Virus record (IMG/VR): IMGVR_UViG_3300037400_008007
Location: 1 to 64,000 of that record
Strand: one strand, 5' to 3'
DNA length: 64,000 bases
From: a virus
Lineage: Duplodnaviria; Caudoviricetes
The notes beneath the pieces were generated by a model. It saw only the letters and a list, made by a program, of their open reading frames with translations, was not told where the DNA came from and made no database searches. Both the position numbers and the translations under genes were made by a program. This document shows positions 1 through 7,569 of this stretch, in pieces; position 1 is the first letter of the stretch, and each line of letters begins with the position of its first letter.

Positions 1-360
1 ATGACAACAACAAACATAAATAACATTTCTGGCTCTTTCAGTGTGAATGGAAAGGTGTATAAGAACATCAAGGGTCGTGTCGAAATTACAGAGCGCGGCA
101 TTTTTGTCAATGGCAAACCAATAGAGGAATACGAAGAGCCTCCAGTAATGAAGTTGGTCATTGAGGGTAACATCGGGTCGATCGAGACAGAGAACGCAGA
201 CGTAGAGGTGAAAGGTGATGTGCAAAGTATCGTGTCAAAGAATGGAAACGTGAATTGTGGAAACGTGTCCGGCAACGTGGACTCCAAGAATGGCAATGTG
301 CATTGCGGCACCGTTAATGGTGATGTAACTACCAAGAATGGAAACATATTCAGAGGTTGA
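1..360 (+). CDS. Hypothetical phage protein with repeated (S/T)KNGN(V/I) motifs, probably a beta-helix
   Basis: ORF track; three SKNGNV/TKNGNI repeats in the C-terminal half. Confidence 0.6.
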   Translation: MTTTNINNISGSFSVNGKVYKNIKGRVEITERGIFVNGKPIEEYEEPPVMKLVIEGNIGSIETENADVEVKGDVQSIVSKNGNVNCGNVSGNVDSKNGNVHCGTVNGDVTTKNGNIFRG

Positions 361-361
361 T

Positions 362-1228
362 ATGAATGACGAGATGAAAATAAACGGAAAGGCATTATAC
401 ACCCCAAAGGGCGCGGCTCTCGAATATGCGCCTGTTGGTTGCAATATCTACACAGGCTGCAAGCATGATTGTGAGTATTGCTACTTAAAGCGTGGTGTTC
501 TGTCCCATGCAATGGGCGGTACTGATGTGAAACTTAAATCGTGCTTCAAGAGCGAAGAACATGCTATAGAGACATTTTGCAGGGAGGCAGACAGAAATCT
601 TGCTTATCTCCAGAAAGCAGGTGTGTTCTTCTCATTCTCCACAGACCCATTGATAGCCGAGACCCGTGCTGTCACAAAGGCTTGTCTTGTCTATGCTAAT
701 ATGCGAGCCATTCCTGTAAAGCTGCTGACAAAGAACGCAGACTTTATAGACGATGATTTGTTTATGTCGGGACTGGAGAGCGCAGACTTCCGCAGACTGG
801 TAGCTTTTGGCTTTACTCTGACAGGACGTGATGACATGGAGCCAGGCGCATCAACTAACGAAAAACGCATCGAGACGATGAAGAGATTGAAGGCTAAAGG
901 CTTTCACACCTTTGCAAGTATCGAGCCGATTATTGATTTCGGAAATTCGTTCGCAATGATAGAGCAGGCGGCTATGTTCTGTGACCTTTTCAAGATTGGA
1001 CTTCGCTCCGGAGTGAAAGACAACTATTATGATGCAAACAAGTGCGCTTTCTTTATAGGACAGATAACGTCCTTATGTGAAACGATTGGCTTCAAGGTAT
1101 ATTGGAAGCAGTCTATTTACAAGTATATTCAGAGGCACATGGCAAGTGACCATTTCGACATTGCTCTTTCTTTGAGCAAGAATTTTGTCGATATGGACTA
1201 TAACATATTCAAGGAGGGAAGAGTATGA
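362..1228 (+). CDS. Radical SAM protein (SplB-like)
   Basis: CxxxCxxC motif (GCKHDCEYCY), FSFSTDP, TFASIEP. The 338 start overlaps the upstream gene, so ATG 362 is preferred. Confidence 0.85.
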   Translation: MNDEMKINGKALYTPKGAALEYAPVGCNIYTGCKHDCEYCYLKRGVLSHAMGGTDVKLKSCFKSEEHAIETFCREADRNLAYLQKAGVFFSFSTDPLIAETRAVTKACLVYANMRAIPVKLLTKNADFIDDDLFMSGLESADFRRLVAFGFTLTGRDDMEPGASTNEKRIETMKRLKAKGFHTFASIEPIIDFGNSFAMIEQAAMFCDLFKIGLRSGVKDNYYDANKCAFFIGQITSLCETIGFKVYWKQSIYKYIQRHMASDHFDIALSLSKNFVDMDYNIFKEGRV

Positions 1229-2295
1229 TGTTAGACCTATATCCGTTGGAACTGTCAAAGGAGGCTGACAGACCAATAATCATTGCAGGCCCATGTTCTG
1301 CAGAGAGTGAAGAGCAACTGATGGAAACAGCGAAAAGGTTGTATGCGCAGGGAGTGAGATTGTTTCGTGCTGGAATATGGAAACCACGCACGAAGCCTGG
1401 CTGTTTTGAAGGCTACGGAGAGCAAGCCCTACCTTGGCTTGAAAACGTAGGAAAGCAGTTGAAGATGACAACCGCAACAGAGGTGGCCACTCCTGAACAC
1501 GTTGAGCTTGCATTGTTGTATAACATTGATGTGCTATGGATAGGAGCAAGAACGACCGCCAATCCTTTTGCCGTGCAATCGTTGGCAGACGCATTGAAAG
1601 GTGTCGATGTGCCAGTATTGGTCAAGAACCCTGTAAATCCAGATTTGGAGTTATGGATAGGAGCCTTGGAACGTCTCAACCGTGCAGATATTAGGAGGCT
1701 TGGGGTAATACACAGAGGCTTCAGCAGCTACGAAAACAAACTCTACCGAAACGCTCCAATGTGGCAGATACCTATTGAGCTTCGCAGGAGAATACCAGAG
1801 CTGCCAATATTGTGCGACCCCTCACACATGGGAGGAAAGCGAGACCTTATCGCTCCTTTGTCACAGCAAGCACTTGATTTGGGTTATGACGGCTTGTTTG
1901 TAGAGAGCCATAACGAGCCAGACAAGGCTTTAAGCGATGCAGGTCAGCAAGTGACTCCCGATGTCCTTGGTTACATCTTGTCTCTGCTTACGGTAAGAAG
2001 TACAAAGAGCGTAAATGTTGGACTAAGTGAACTCCGGCATCGTATTGACGAGATAGACGGACAACTTATTGAGCTGCTGTCAAAGCGAATGGGTGTCAGT
2101 AGGGAGGTAGCAGAGTACAAAAGAGAGTATAATATTCCAGTTTATCAGACAAAGCGTTACAGTGAGCTGATGGAGAAGAGAGAGGCGCAAGGGGCGTTAT
2201 GTGGACTTGCCAACACGTTTGTAACGAGCCTATTCAGCCTCATTCATGAAGAAAGCGTGAATGAACAAACAAAAATAATAAACCAAAAAAGGTAA
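1225..2295 (+). CDS. Bifunctional DAHP synthase (class I-beta) / chorismate mutase type II, an auxiliary metabolic gene
   Basis: IAGPCSAES, RAGIWKPRT, WIGART, VLVKNP, IHRGF, CDPSH and ESH motifs; C-terminal LRHRIDEIDGQLIELLSKR chorismate mutase domain. Confidence 0.93.
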   Translation: MMLDLYPLELSKEADRPIIIAGPCSAESEEQLMETAKRLYAQGVRLFRAGIWKPRTKPGCFEGYGEQALPWLENVGKQLKMTTATEVATPEHVELALLYNIDVLWIGARTTANPFAVQSLADALKGVDVPVLVKNPVNPDLELWIGALERLNRADIRRLGVIHRGFSSYENKLYRNAPMWQIPIELRRRIPELPILCDPSHMGGKRDLIAPLSQQALDLGYDGLFVESHNEPDKALSDAGQQVTPDVLGYILSLLTVRSTKSVNVGLSELRHRIDEIDGQLIELLSKRMGVSREVAEYKREYNIPVYQTKRYSELMEKREAQGALCGLANTFVTSLFSLIHEESVNEQTKIINQKR

Positions 2296-2301
2296 CAAAT
2301 T

Positions 2302-2571
2302 ATGGAAAGAAAAGAAATTAGTGAGAAAATTATTGCAATCATCGAAGAGAAGTTAGACTTCGAGAAGACTGCCAGTGATGAAAAGAAAGAGGGAGCGCTC
2401 TTCAGGGAGGACTTGAATGGTGACAGTCTGGATGCCGTGGAGGTTATCATGGAGATTGAGAGAGCCTTTGGTGTCACCATTACTGATGAAGAGGGCGATA
2501 GACTCTGTGGTGATAATGTAAAGGTGTCTGACTTTATAGACCTTGCATGTAAGAAAGTCAGCGAGAAGTAA
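2302..2571 (+). CDS. acpP: Acyl carrier protein
   Basis: DLNGDSLDAVEVIMEIERAFGVTI with the phosphopantetheine Ser in DSL; acidic, 89 aa. Confidence 0.88.
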   Translation: MERKEISEKIIAIIEEKLDFEKTASDEKKEGALFREDLNGDSLDAVEVIMEIERAFGVTITDEEGDRLCGDNVKVSDFIDLACKKVSEK

Positions 2572-2733
2572 ATGGAGAAAACCCTTATCTGTTGTGATGT
2601 AAAATGCACGGTTCGCATGGAATGTCAGCTATTCGGCCTGGCACTCGATGTCAATTCGGGAAAGAATATCGGCCAGTACAATATTCTGCCCGACGGAGAA
2701 TGTAAGGGGAACTATTACAAGAAAGCCAGATAG
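2572..2733 (+). CDS. Small Cys-containing hypothetical protein (53 aa, not in ORF track)
   Basis: Manual translation MEKTLICCDVKCTVRMEC...KAR*; abuts the ACP stop codon. Confidence 0.5.
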   Translation: MEKTLICCDVKCTVRMECQLFGLALDVNSGKNIGQYNILPDGECKGNYYKKAR

Positions 2734-3117
2734 CTATGAAAACGAAAAACCAAAACTTGTCAGCCAAAAGCGATCGAGTCAGTGACTATCAGCATGACCC
2801 GTTTGTCGTGGATTGGCCATGTGTAACCTCAAAACAGAACAAATCATGATGAAGATAGTTGCAACAACACTCCTTTGCATAATAGTATTGGTGCAGTGGG
2901 TAATAGGAATCAAAGGTTGTGCCAAGGAACATTTAGGATGCTCCAGTATGGTAATATTCAGCCTGTGGTCGATATTCCTTATCTCGTTGTTATACTTCGC
3001 AGGGTGTTTCGATTTTTGAAAGCAAAGGCTGGGGTGAGTGCCACGGTAACGTGTCACACGGAATTAAATGCATAGGCACCCCAGCCTGTTTTTATAAGGA
3101 TAATAAATAATACAAAT

Positions 3118-3522
3118 ATGGAGAAAAGAGAAGAACAGCTTATTGAACGTATTCTTGGCAAGGAGTTCCTAAACGCTGCAAAGGAATATGGAAAACAAAT
3201 CAAGGTGGCGGTAGCCATACAGGGAGCATCGCCCAATGTACAAACGGCTATGGAGCGCATCGCTTCAGTGGCTTTTGCCAAAGGAGCAGAAAATTTCCGA
3301 AGTAGCCTTTGGCACCCACTGGCGAAGAAATATCCGAAGCTCAACACTCCAGTCTTGTGCAAGGGTGAAAGTAACGTGCTGTTTATCGCAGAGTTCGTCA
3401 AGACAGCTGACGGAGGCATTAAGTCCAAGGACATGAACCACTGCCCTACAGAGAGAGTTGAGTACTGGATGGAGATACCAAACTCGGAAATTCGAGCAAC
3501 GAAAGAGGTGGCCATGAATTGA
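3118..3522 (+). CDS. Hypothetical phage protein with DUF551-like C-terminus
   Basis: WHP...P...VL...YWMEIP pattern. Confidence 0.55.
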   Translation: MEKREEQLIERILGKEFLNAAKEYGKQIKVAVAIQGASPNVQTAMERIASVAFAKGAENFRSSLWHPLAKKYPKLNTPVLCKGESNVLFIAEFVKTADGGIKSKDMNHCPTERVEYWMEIPNSEIRATKEVAMN

Positions 3523-3534
3523 GCCACCCCTTTC

Positions 3535-3657
3535 AAAGTAGAAGGCCCTACTCTCACGAGCAAGGCCGTTCCTATGCAAATAAGATAAATACCATCAAAA
3601 CTAAGACAATGATGCCAGAATAGGCAGTTGTCGTTAGATGAAAATGTATCTATCGAT
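3535..3657 (-). ncRNA. Candidate trans-acting antisense sRNA complementary to the cassette leaders
   Basis: Leftward promoter upstream; 3574-3611 is complementary to the cassette leader consensus; a 10-bp GUGA-tetraloop hairpin (3544-3567) pairs fully only on the minus strand. Confidence 0.55.
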
Positions 3658-3661
3658 GTGG

Positions 3662-3693
3662 CAAAGGTAGGATTTTTTTGTCAAAAGCACAAA
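3662..3693 (-). promoter_or_regulatory. Leftward Bacteroidetes housekeeping promoter
   Basis: Minus-strand TTTG (3693-3690), 20-nt spacer, TACCTTTG (3669-3662). Confidence 0.7.
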
Positions 3694-3705
3694 TTTTGTG
3701 CGATA

Positions 3706-3725
3706 TTTGATAAAATTTTATCAAA
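3706..3725. promoter_or_regulatory. Perfect 20-bp palindrome TTTGATAAAATTTTATCAAA, putative operator
   Basis: Self-complementary, lies between divergent promoters; the half-site TTTGATAAA recurs in the cassette promoters. Confidence 0.65.
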
Positions 3726-3728
3726 AAT

Positions 3729-3759
3729 TTTGCATTATCTGTAGAAATGATTATATTTG
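3729..3759 (+). promoter_or_regulatory. Rightward promoter of the HTH-ParB operon
   Basis: TTTG 3729-3732, 19-nt spacer, TATATTTG 3752-3759. Confidence 0.7.
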
Positions 3760-3779
3760 CACTTGAATTTCTAAACATT

Positions 3780-4190
3780 ATGATAAGAGAGAAGATTTAC
3801 CAGCAGATGTTGAAGCGCGGAGTGACCCAGACGGAACTCTGCAATGACCTCTGTCTGCAGGTGTCAAATTTCAATGCTTTTATTCGCGGAAAGAGGGCTA
3901 TGCCATTCAAAGACCTTGTGGCCACGATGAAGTATTTGAAGTTATCTGTGGCACCTCAAGGAACAGAAAGCACAAGCACCCCTCCCGAAAATATGAATGA
4001 GATTTTCCGCAAGCGAATTAAGCAGAATAACTTGAAACTTGTGGAAGTCGAGGCTGCTTCGGGTATCTGTAGAACAAGCATTTCCAGTATAATCACTGGA
4101 AAACACGTCACGTCATCGAAGAACCTTGGCAGGCTCATGACTGCTCTTGGTCTCGATGTCGTGCCGTTCAAGGCAACAGTAACGAACTAA
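3780..4190 (+). CDS. Transcription regulator with two tandem XRE-type HTH domains
   Basis: GVTQTELCNDLCLQVSNFNAFIRG and LKLVEVEAASGICRTSISSIITG. Start moved from 3747 to 3780 because the -7 box lies inside the longer ORF. Confidence 0.8.
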   Translation: MIREKIYQQMLKRGVTQTELCNDLCLQVSNFNAFIRGKRAMPFKDLVATMKYLKLSVAPQGTESTSTPPENMNEIFRKRIKQNNLKLVEVEAASGICRTSISSIITGKHVTSSKNLGRLMTALGLDVVPFKATVTN

Positions 4191-4204
4191 ATACAATCTG
4201 AACA

Positions 4205-4876
4205 ATGGAAATAGTAAGAAAGAGACTCGAAGAACTGGTCCCTGCCGACTACAATCCGAGGAAAGATTTGCAAGAAGCCGATAAGGAGTACCAAGACATC
4301 AAGAACGGTATTCAGAATTTCGGTCTTGTCGTTCCTCTGATTATGAACAAGCGGACTGGCAATCTTGTGAACGGTCACCAGAGACTAAAAGTACTGAAAG
4401 ACCTTGGCTATACAGAGGTTGAGGTGAGCATTGTAGATATGGACGAGACAAAGGAGAAGGCTCTTAATCTCGCCCTTAGTCGTATTGATGGTGATTTTGA
4501 CGGAAAGGCATTGACTAATGTTCTTGCAGAAGTGCGAGCAGCAGGCATCGACCCCGTTACGCTTGGTTTTACAAAGTCAGAGGTGGAGAAGATGTTTCCT
4601 GCAGATATGCAAGCCGAGAACCTTTTTGGCGACGAGACAGACAATCCTTTCAAGGACTACGATAATGAGCCAGAAGAGACGGAAGTTACGGCAATGGTCG
4701 GCAAGTATCGCTTCGTTATGGATAAGTCGAAGATGGAAGAAGTCATGGGTGAAATCCGCTACCGAAATGGCTTTGTCAAGGAGAGTGTGGAGAACGAAAT
4801 CAAGCTGAGACTATTCTATGGAAAAGACTGGAAACAACACGCAGCAGATAATGACAATACGGACGCTGAAGGTTAG
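4205..4876 (+). CDS. ParB/Srx N-terminal domain protein 1
   Basis: LVPADYNPRK...FGLVVPLIMN...LVNGHQRL. Confidence 0.85.
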   Translation: MEIVRKRLEELVPADYNPRKDLQEADKEYQDIKNGIQNFGLVVPLIMNKRTGNLVNGHQRLKVLKDLGYTEVEVSIVDMDETKEKALNLALSRIDGDFDGKALTNVLAEVRAAGIDPVTLGFTKSEVEKMFPADMQAENLFGDETDNPFKDYDNEPEETEVTAMVGKYRFVMDKSKMEEVMGEIRYRNGFVKESVENEIKLRLFYGKDWKQHAADNDNTDAEG

Positions 4877-5489
4877 TGAAATCGAAGAAGCCTTTTACAA
4901 TCCCCGAAAGGTGATGAAGAAAGGTAGTAAGAAATACGAGAACCTAAAAGGAAGCCTGGAGCAGTTCGGTATAGTTGAGCCGCTTGTGGTGAACGAGGTG
5001 AACAACCGCCTTATCTCCGGCCATCAAAGACTGAACGTGTTGCGTGACCTTGGCACCGAAGAGGTAGAGGTGTCTATCGTTCATATCGAGGACGAAGCAA
5101 GGGAAAAGGCTTTGAACGTGTTGCTCAACAAGGTAAAAGGCAAGTGGGATAAGCTCAAGCTGGCAGATGTACTCAAATCGATTGGCGATGAGTTCAACGC
5201 TCTTGACCTTGGCTTTGAAGAGAGTGATATTGCCGAGTTCCTAAAGAACGGAGAGGACGTTGGTGTTGATGGTGCTCATGCGGACGAAATGGACGAAGGC
5301 ATCAAACTGCGTAAGGACGCTGCCGCTGTGGTCGTTGCTATTGCTGGGGTGCGCTTTACTATTCCGGCACCAGAGTTTGCACAGTTGGAGCAGAATCTTG
5401 TCGAGGCAGGATGCTTCAGCGATAAAGAAATCAGTGAAGAACTTAAAAAAAGATTTATAGCCGATGATACAGATGGTAGCGTTGGATAA
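4818..5489 (+). CDS. ParB/Srx N-terminal domain protein 2 (start may be 4851)
   Basis: FYNPRK...FGIVEPLVVN...LISGHQRL. Confidence 0.85.
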   Translation: MEKTGNNTQQIMTIRTLKVSEIEEAFYNPRKVMKKGSKKYENLKGSLEQFGIVEPLVVNEVNNRLISGHQRLNVLRDLGTEEVEVSIVHIEDEAREKALNVLLNKVKGKWDKLKLADVLKSIGDEFNALDLGFEESDIAEFLKNGEDVGVDGAHADEMDEGIKLRKDAAAVVVAIAGVRFTIPAPEFAQLEQNLVEAGCFSDKEISEELKKRFIADDTDGSVG

Positions 5490-6999
5490 AATCCACGCAT
5501 CTACTTACAACCCCAGAAAGTCAGACCCCAAACGTCTTGACCTGTTAGAGCTTTCGTTGCGGAAGCTCGGCTTTGTGTCACCAATCGTTGTTGACCAAGG
5601 CGGTGAAATTATTTCGGGCCACCAGAGAAGTTTCGTTGCAACACGCATGGGAGTGAAGATGGTGCCAGTAACCATTATCCCTCGCATGACGCTTGATGAG
5701 CGCAAGAGTCTTAACATCGTGTTCAACCGTGCCACCAATGACTTGAAGCGTAGTGACACTTGTGCTACGGTCAATGAGTATGTGAGCCGTTTCGATGTTG
5801 AAGCTATTGCAAATAAGCTTCCAGACCTTACCCCCGATACTCCAGAGTTCTATCCTTGTATGCACACCAAGACTGGTGACAGCTTCGACTTATTGAAGAA
5901 GAATGCAGACAAGATAAACCACTATGCGACCAATATGTATAGCACCTTGGCCCGAAAGAAGATAGAGTTGCCTACTGTTGTCGATGAAGAGGACAATGTT
6001 GTAAACGGTATCGGTCGAGTTTCTTACTATGCAAAGCAGAATGTTCGTCCAATTCCGATCTGTCGTATTACGAAAGCCCAGGCACAGTTTGCAAACCTCA
6101 TGCTGAACTACCTTACAATGGACTTTGACATTCAGAACCGATACGCAGACACGTTGCGTCACAACTCATTCATGCGCACAAGAAACACACGAAACGGTGG
6201 TTTGGGCTGTGGTTTCTACAAGGGTTTGTGGCCTTACTTGCGTTGCGAGGACACGATGATACTTGAGGACAAGAAGAAAGAAGAATGGGTAGCACGTTTC
6301 GGGGAGAGCATTGTGGACTTTGGTGCTGGCAAGCTCAATAACACCCGAATACTCCGAGAGTCCGGCATCCCATGCTCTGCTTTTGAACCGTATTTCATCG
6401 CCACTGGTGAGGAAATCAGCAAGCAAGAGTCGCTAAAGATTGACCGCAAATTCCTTGAAGAGATTGCCGATGGCCGAGAGTTCAGTACCATATTCATTTC
6501 TTCGGTGTTCAACTCTGTGCCATTTATGGAGGACAGAAAGGCCATAGCCACTATTTGCTCTGCCCTGTCGAGCCCAGAGACGATTTGCGTATGTTGGACG
6601 CAGGGAGTGAACGTAGGCAACAATGCTGCCATATCGTCTAACGTACAGAGCAAGAGAGCTGCAGGACAGATTACGTTCAACATTGACTATGAGCCAAACG
6701 TGGTGCTGGGTGACTTCTCTAAGCTACCAAAAGTTCAGAAGTACCACACCAACCGAGAAATCTTTGACATCTTCGACCCAGTGTATAGCAAGATTTACCG
6801 TCTTGACAAGCTGGACGGATATGTGTATATGGAGGCCAAGGGCTCACGTCTTGACGTGAACAATGTCGAGTACATGGAGCGTCTGCGTAAGGCCATAGAG
6901 TTCGAGTTTGACCTGCCTTATCCAGACGGTACAAGAGCAGGACTTGTCGAAGAGGCAAAAGAGGCTTTTGGCAGGCGATTAGGAGTGAAAATTCCATAA
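5464..6999 (+). CDS. ParB-domain protein fused to a C-terminal class I SAM-dependent transferase-like domain
   Basis: TYNPRK...GFVSPIVVD...IISGHQR; second degenerate ParB unit (VVNGIGR); IVDFGAG motif I; FISSVFNSVPFMEDR. Confidence 0.7.
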   Translation: MIQMVALDKIHASTYNPRKSDPKRLDLLELSLRKLGFVSPIVVDQGGEIISGHQRSFVATRMGVKMVPVTIIPRMTLDERKSLNIVFNRATNDLKRSDTCATVNEYVSRFDVEAIANKLPDLTPDTPEFYPCMHTKTGDSFDLLKKNADKINHYATNMYSTLARKKIELPTVVDEEDNVVNGIGRVSYYAKQNVRPIPICRITKAQAQFANLMLNYLTMDFDIQNRYADTLRHNSFMRTRNTRNGGLGCGFYKGLWPYLRCEDTMILEDKKKEEWVARFGESIVDFGAGKLNNTRILRESGIPCSAFEPYFIATGEEISKQESLKIDRKFLEEIADGREFSTIFISSVFNSVPFMEDRKAIATICSALSSPETICVCWTQGVNVGNNAAISSNVQSKRAAGQITFNIDYEPNVVLGDFSKLPKVQKYHTNREIFDIFDPVYSKIYRLDKLDGYVYMEAKGSRLDVNNVEYMERLRKAIEFEFDLPYPDGTRAGLVEEAKEAFGRRLGVKIP

Positions 7000-7010
7000 A
7001 GAAACCTATC

Positions 7011-7074
7011 TAAAAACTTGCATATTTGATAAATTATTTGTACCTTTGAGTACCAAAAATAAGGAAAAGACGCA
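7011..7074 (+). promoter_or_regulatory. Cassette promoter C1 (degenerate leader)
   Basis: CTTG-CATATTTGATAAA...TACCTTTG (7041-7048). Confidence 0.7.
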
Positions 7075-7569
7075 ATGAAAGATAGAATAATTCTTTTGGA
7101 TTTGAACTACACCTTGGTTAGCAACCAAGAAAAGACTCGTATGATACGGCCTTTCGAGGCCCGTCTGCGAGCCGAGGACTACAGGAAAGACCTTATAGAG
7201 GCCATCAAAGGAAATCGTGTCATCATCATTACTGCCCGTCCGTCCTACCAAGGGGCGCAATCACTGGCAAACATTCAGCGTAAGACAGGGTGGCAACCAA
7301 TGGAGGCGCATTTCAATGACCTTAATCTCGATCCGCCCTCAATCAAAGAGAGCATCCTCGAACGATTTGTTTTCCCAAAGTATGGGAATGAAGGCAAGAC
7401 GTTCTTTGCTGTGGAGAGCAATCCAAGAACGAGGGCTATGTATTACCGTCATGGCATCCCTGCAGAACCTTATGAGAAGTTCATACAGCGTTTCCCAGAG
7501 ATTGTGATGGCGATGACCAACGACCCAGCACAGTTAGAATTATTCCCAAATGACGACACAAAAGAGTAA
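7075..7569 (+). CDS. HAD-superfamily, PNKP-phosphatase-like protein with degenerate motifs
   Basis: ILLDLNYTL (motif I-like), IIITARP (motif II), FAVESN (motif IV-like). Confidence 0.6.
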   Translation: MKDRIILLDLNYTLVSNQEKTRMIRPFEARLRAEDYRKDLIEAIKGNRVIIITARPSYQGAQSLANIQRKTGWQPMEAHFNDLNLDPPSIKESILERFVFPKYGNEGKTFFAVESNPRTRAMYYRHGIPAEPYEKFIQRFPEIVMAMTNDPAQLELFPNDDTKE

